DNA of 64,000 nucleotides from Anthoceros angustus. Its lineage: Eukaryota > Plantae > Anthocerotophyta. A program made the position numbers and the translations under genes. Below, piece by piece: positions 58,515-64,000 of this stretch (position 1 is its first letter; every line of letters starts with the position of its first letter). The notes below the pieces were generated by a model. That model was not told the DNA's origin. It did no database searches and saw only the letters and a program-made list of their open reading frames with translations. Where the stretch lies: NCBI GenBank assembly GCA_010909165.1, contig MU008172.1, forward strand, positions 248,001-312,000, written 5' to 3'.

Positions 58515-61500
58515 ATGGCGGCGAACGGAGCTGCTCTTGATGGCCAGGCAGGGCCAGTCAAGCCCGGGAAGAAGTCGGGCAAAGGACCTGGGAAAGCAGC
58601 AGGACCCGTAGTCTTGACTGAGATTCAGAAGAAGAGGATCACCAAATTCGAGGAGATTCAGCGTACTGCCCAGGAACAGTTGAATGAAATTGCCGGGGAC
58701 CCGATCAAGTACGAGCTTCTTTTTTCGTGCGGTGTTTTGTAGGACTTCGGATTGTCGCCTGACAGCTTGTTGGGGATCTGGTGCCTTGTAGAATCACACT
58801 TCCTGATGGTTCAGTGAGAGATGGGGTTAAATGGCGTACTTCGCCCCTCGATATTGCCAAGCAGATTTCGAAACAGCTGGCAACGGCTGCTCTCATTTCT
58901 GAGGTTTGATTAGTTCTCTGCAATCTGGAATAGCTATGCCATTCTACTCACTGCCTCTTGCTGTGCAAGCAAGATTTCGAAGCCATTTGGCTGGAAAGGT
59001 CTGAAAGGTATGTGCTGCGCCAGGTTGATGGTGTCCTTTGGGACCTAGGAAGACCTTTGGAAGGGGATTGTAAGCTGAAAATCTTTACTTTCGAAGACAA
59101 AGAAGGACGAGACACGTTTTGGCATTCCAGTGCTCACATCCTTGGGCAGGTCGTTTGCAGCATAATGCCTGTGTGCTCTTTCCTATCTCTTTGCAGTCTG
59201 TTGCTTTCTTTTTCCGCATTGCTGCTGTGGGAGATCCTTGAGTACACACAGACATGTTATTGCAGGCACTGGAGATAGTGTATGACTGCAAGTTGTGTAT
59301 TGGACCCTGTACTACGCGAACTGAGGTCGGGTTTACGTCTGTACTAAGTGGTGTAAGCTCCTAAGCTTTCAGTGTAATGTATTTCAATGCCAGGTGGTTG
59401 TGCTTTTGTCGCTTTGTAGGGTTTCTACTATGATGCTTATTATGGAGACGTTACGCTAAATGAAGAGCACTTTGAGGAGATCAAGTCCCAAGCAGACAAA
59501 GCTGTTCAGGTCAGTGCCTGGGCATGGTGAATATTCCAACACGCACAGCCCTCCTGGAGCTGCGGAGCCTATCCTGATGTGCCTTTCCTGATTTGCCTTA
59601 TCGTGGATATTAACTCAAAGGACTTAGTAGAGTGTAATACTTAAATGGGGCAGGAAAAGCAACCTTTCGAGCGCGTAGAAGTGACGAGACAGCAGGCTCT
59701 TGACATCTTCTCTGATAACCCCTTCAAGGTAAGTCCTACTGGTTGCCAAGTTTCTGTGTATCCTGATGCTAATAAAATTGTGGAATCTGAGACTTCGTTG
59801 CAGCTAAGTCAGTGGTTCAATCTTTCAGGTTGAAATCATTCAAGAATTACCAGAGGATAAGACCATCACGGTGTACAGGTGCGGGCCTTTGGTTGACCTT
59901 TGCCGAGGGCCTCATGTGCCCACCACGGGATTTGCAAAGGCATTTGCCCCTACGAAGGTATAAATTGCTTTCTGTCTGCTTATGGTAGCAAGCGCCTCAG
60001 ATTCTCAGTAATGCCACTGCATTTGTGAGCAGGCATCTGCATCTTACTGGAGAGGTAGAGCAGACCGAGAAACGCTGCAGCGGGTCTATGGGATCTCATT
60101 TCCTGATCAAAAGAAGCTCAAGGTCATTTTCCCAACTGGACTGCCCACTGCATGACCAGACTTCATGGTGGGTCCTTACATCATCTGTTCAGTGCTATTG
60201 CAGGAGTACCTTGAGGCAATCGAAGAAGCAAAGAAACGGGATCACAGAATCCTTGGTCTGAGGCAGGAATTGTTCTACTTCCATGAACTAAGGTCCACAT
60301 CCGTTTTTCATCTTATGCCTGTCTGATGTTGTTTTGCAACATAAACTAACATTGCCCATTCCTACCAATGAAGTAAGTAGGTCCTGCTTTGAGGACATGT
60401 TTGATTTTCTCTCCTGCATTTTGTTTGGAAACTATTGCAGCCCGGGGAGTCCTTTCCTCTTGCCTCATGGAACTAGGATATACAATAAGCTGGTGGAGTT
60501 TATCCGCACAGAGTACCGGAAGCGTGGATATGAGGAGGTTGATCCCTGAGCTTGAATTTGGATGTGCCACCTTAAGTGACTGAGACGCAGACCATAATTA
60601 ATGCATTGATCATGTTACAGGTTATATCTCCAAATATATACAACATGAAGCTCTTTGAAACATCTGGGCATGCTGCCAACTATAAGGAGAACATGTTTCT
60701 TTGTGAGGTATGCCAACCCTATTTTTGAGTCTCTGTTTCCTGAGCTGAAGTCTTTCGTTTTTCAGTTCATGTTAAGACACCAATCGACTACGTTTTTGCA
60801 TAACCTTTGGTTAATAGGTTGAAAAGCAAGAATACGGGTTAAAACCGATGAACTGCCCAGGTCACTGCCTCATGTTTGACCATAGGGTACGATCTTACAG
60901 AGGTAATTCAAGAAGTCTCTCTTTCAAGGAATGTACAGAAACTTTAGGCCCTTGTCAGTCCCCAGAGACTGATAGAAGTGTGTTATTTTACTGGTACCTT
61001 CCTGTGCAGAGTTGCCCCTCAGACTTGCAGATTTTGGAGTGTTGCATCGCAACGAGAAGAGTGGTGCTCTGACAGGTCTAACTAGAGTCAGGCGGTTTCA
61101 GCAGGTTAGGAGAGCTTACAGTTTAATGCCACACCAGGAAAACCTGCTTCATGTGAGAACATTTGTTTGGGGGCCTTTGCAGTCTGAACTTTGTGTCTTG
61201 GTTGTTGGGCAAACAGGACGATGCACACATCTTCTGCATGGAGTCTCAGATACTGGAGGAAGTGAAGGGAGTTTTGGACTTCCTGCAATATGCCTACGAC
61301 ATTTTTGGATTCACATTCGAGCTTGAACTGTCAACTGTATGTGCAATGTGATTTCTAGTTCAACCTGTGATCTTCAACCAAGTACATTCAGTAACAATAA
61401 AAAGCTGTTGACCAGAGACCAGAGAAATACCTTGGAGAGCTTGCGGTATGGGATCGGGCAGAGAAGGCTCTGGCGGATGCTCTCGATAGTTTGAACAAGC

Positions 61501-62514
61501 CATGGGAGGTATGGGCTTTACCATAGGTCTGAGCTTGTCAATGTTTTTATCCTGCTGACCAAGTAGCCGCACCTGTATTTTGCAGAGGAATGAGGGGGAC
61601 GGTGCATTCTATGGGCCGAAGATTGATATCACAGTGCTTGATGCGCTGAAAAGGAAATTTCAGTGTGCGACGATTCAGGTATCCAATCGCAGTGATAAAT
61701 TTGAAGGTCCATTGCGACATAGTCGGGTGTCTGATAAGATCATTTATGATATTTCACACGTGCAGCTAGACTTTCAACTGCCTAGCCGATTCAACTTGAC
61801 CTACTCCACAGATGATGAGGCCAGAAAGGAAAGGCCTGTCATGATCCACAGGGCCATTCTTGGATCTGTGGAACGAATGCTTGCCATTCTGCTTGAGAAC
61901 TATGCTGGCAAGTGGCCTTTCTGGCTCAGCCCTCGTCAGGCCATTGTGTGCTCTATATCAGGGAAGTTCGTGGAATACGCGAAGAGAGTAAGCATGGGTC
62001 TCATTTCCTGCAACTACTGTGCACCTACTTTCGAGTGCATCATGTCAAGACGCTGAATTCCTTGGTTTGGAAATTCAGGTCCGTGACAGCATCCACGAAG
62101 CAGGCTTTTATGCCGAAACGGATATCTCAGACCGGAAAATTGACAGGAAGGTAATCCTTTCCACGTCTGGCGAGGAGGCGGACTGTGAGCAGCTGTGCTT
62201 CTGGTTGGATATGGTGAGTCCAATTGCATCCTCACTTGACAATCTCTGCCACTGTGGCTGTAAATTCAGGTCCGGGAGGCACAGCTAGCTCAATTTAACT
62301 ACATACTGGTGGTCGGCGAAAAGGAAGAAAGCACTGAGCAGGTCAGTTGTGCCTTCACCTTGTTCGTTGCAAATCCATTGTTGTTCGTACAACTAGCTGA
62401 CACCGCTGTGTGCTGTAGGTCAATGTGCGCACCCGCGATAACAAGGTGCATGGCATGAAGAATCTGTCCGAATTGCTGAAAGAGTTCAAAGCGGAAGCAG
62501 CAGCATTTCATTGA
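58515..62514 (+). CDS. THRRS: Threonyl-tRNA synthetase (eukaryotic cytosolic type, many short exons)
   Basis: ITLPDG (TGS), [69 protein letters not shown]|[45 protein letters not shown]. Confidence 0.97.
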
Positions 62515-63478
62515 CGTGCGCGTCATTTGAGCGCGTTGATGCCATTGGATTTTGTTAGTCAATGTCATTCATTTATTAATCGCATTCGGTAGGCCACGTT
62601 GTTGCAATCGGCTTGTAATTCGTGCTCTCCTGTGCTTCCTTGTAAGCACGAGAACGGGGCCTGAAATATGTAGAATGAGAATGGAGGTTATATGGTCTTA
62701 GTTTCATATATGGGGGTAACGAGGCCAGGACTGATGATCAAGTTGCACTTCGTTTTGCCAGGTTGCCGCTAGTAGCGTTTGCTAGCAGCAGCAACCTACA
62801 TACGCATCCAGCACGTAGTGGGCAACAAATATTCATTCCTCGCCAGGTACCTCTTGAAAGCTGTAGATCCGCCTCCTCACGTCACGTGCAGCCCCCAACC
62901 TGTCATTGATCAGCTTCTAGCAGGAATTTAAGCTACCCCTGCCCACGAACCGTCAACTGCCGGAGCACGCAGTGAACAAGCCAACGCAGACCTGCTGAGT
63001 AAGTCCTCGAAGCTCCTACATGGCTCGGACGTGCCTCGGCTGTGTATCCCCTCGTATAACTGTAGTCCACCCCCCTCGGATTGGGACCCCCTAAATGGAT
63101 AACCCTCTACTTGGGACGCCCGAGCTTACTCCCTGTGATGTGCAATGGTACTCGCCCTCCAACGTGTTGGCCAACGGCAAGCGCGCGGCAGGGAGCATCT
63201 TCGACACCGGTGGTAGGTGCCTGCGTCTCAATCTCCGAAGCAATCAATGCTTCGCGCGTGTGAAGGCGGGCGTGGCATGCCATGCCTCGCCCATCACGAT
63301 GCTCTCTCATCGTGGTATACTTTAAACGCAACACCATGTACAGGTCCATACAGGATGTCACTGCCGTATTTTGCCCAGCATGGCACAACCCTAATATACG
63401 CACCCACCACCAACCATGCTTGATTTTAGAACCGTGCGCGAGAGTATGAACTGAGCGCGGGTGTCTTAAACAAACCAT

Positions 63479-63544
63479 CCCAAAGACAAACAGATTAACC
63501 TAAACCAAGCACCCAAAGACAAACACATTAACCTAAACCAAGCA
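63479..63544. repeat. 33-bp direct tandem duplication
   Basis: CCCAAAGACAAACA(G/C)ATTAACCTAAACCAAGCA x2, just upstream of the SWIM-family ATG. Confidence 0.92.
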
Positions 63545-63570
63545 TTCTGGCCGCAAAGCGTGCTCCGTCC

Positions 63571-64000
63571 ATGGAGTGTGCGCTGAAGGTGCAATTTCCA
63601 GGGCTTGGTCAATTCTGCACCGAGAATCTAACTTGGCAGGTTTTGAAGGATTTGAAGATTGCCTACATTCCATGGAATAGAGTAGAAGATTTCATTTCTG
63701 GTGAAGGCTTCAAATGTGCTGCAAGTTTCTATCGGAAGGATTCAAAGACTCAAAATTCACTACCACCACCAATTGTGCCGTCCTTAGACACGCAATCACA
63801 TATATCGGTACTTTCTGCAACTTCCAAGTTCTCTACACTAATTTCCCTGACCATTTGGGTTTCCTGGCTTGGTGGCCTCTGTCCATGTGCTTTCTTTGCC
63901 TTAAGTTGAAGCCAAATCTTGGTATTTGCTGTCGTGTGTTTCTATGTAGGTATTGGTGTTCATATGGACCGGAGGATTTCCGAGCTGCTACCACACCCAA
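63571..64000 (+). CDS. 5' part of a SWIM zinc-finger / MULE-transposase-related gene (At1g60560/At4g13970-like), cut by the window edge
   Basis: FCTENLTW...AYIPWNRVEDFISGEG and, after 63949, YWCSYGPEDF resemble that family's N-terminal DLTW...IP..RV.EFI.GE ... YWCSFGPE motifs (recalled). Confidence 0.6.

Noticed and set aside
1-64000. tRNA, rRNA or snoRNA genes
   Set aside because: No T-loop/cloverleaf, rRNA or convincing C/D box pattern was recognised by eye. tRNAscan-SE or Infernal would be needed to exclude them fully.

Overview
Gene-dense (about 20 genes in 64 kb) nuclear region of a land plant with very short introns (many 43-110 nt) and several long intronless genes. It is most likely a hornwort (Anthoceros-like); this is inferred from the compact layout and a PLS-PPR gene ending in the DYW:KP/'DRH' variant deaminase domain. 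Genes in order: MYBBP1A/Pol5 (5'-truncated), two inverted GRIK/SnAK kinase pseudogene fragments, RPL27a, an intronless LRR-VIII-1 receptor kinase with three single-G frameshifts, an unidentified small spliced gene, SmE, a coiled-coil protein, NFS1, a CUSTOS-like protein, glycerol kinase, a cyanobacterial-type plastid protein, SmD1, DiT2, RAPTOR, a 6-kb repeat-rich interval, a bacterial-type S9 peptidase, WAV2/ABHD13, mL43, a small mitochondrial-type membrane protein, CPSF73-II/INTS11, a GCK-domain protein, the PPR-DYW:KP gene, ThrRS and the start of a SWIM/MULE-related gene. Most notable: the candidate U-to-C RNA editing PPR protein carries an N-terminal motif matching the 'PDF' ssDNA-binding motif of organellar OSB proteins. 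All family assignments come from recalled motifs; no database search was run.
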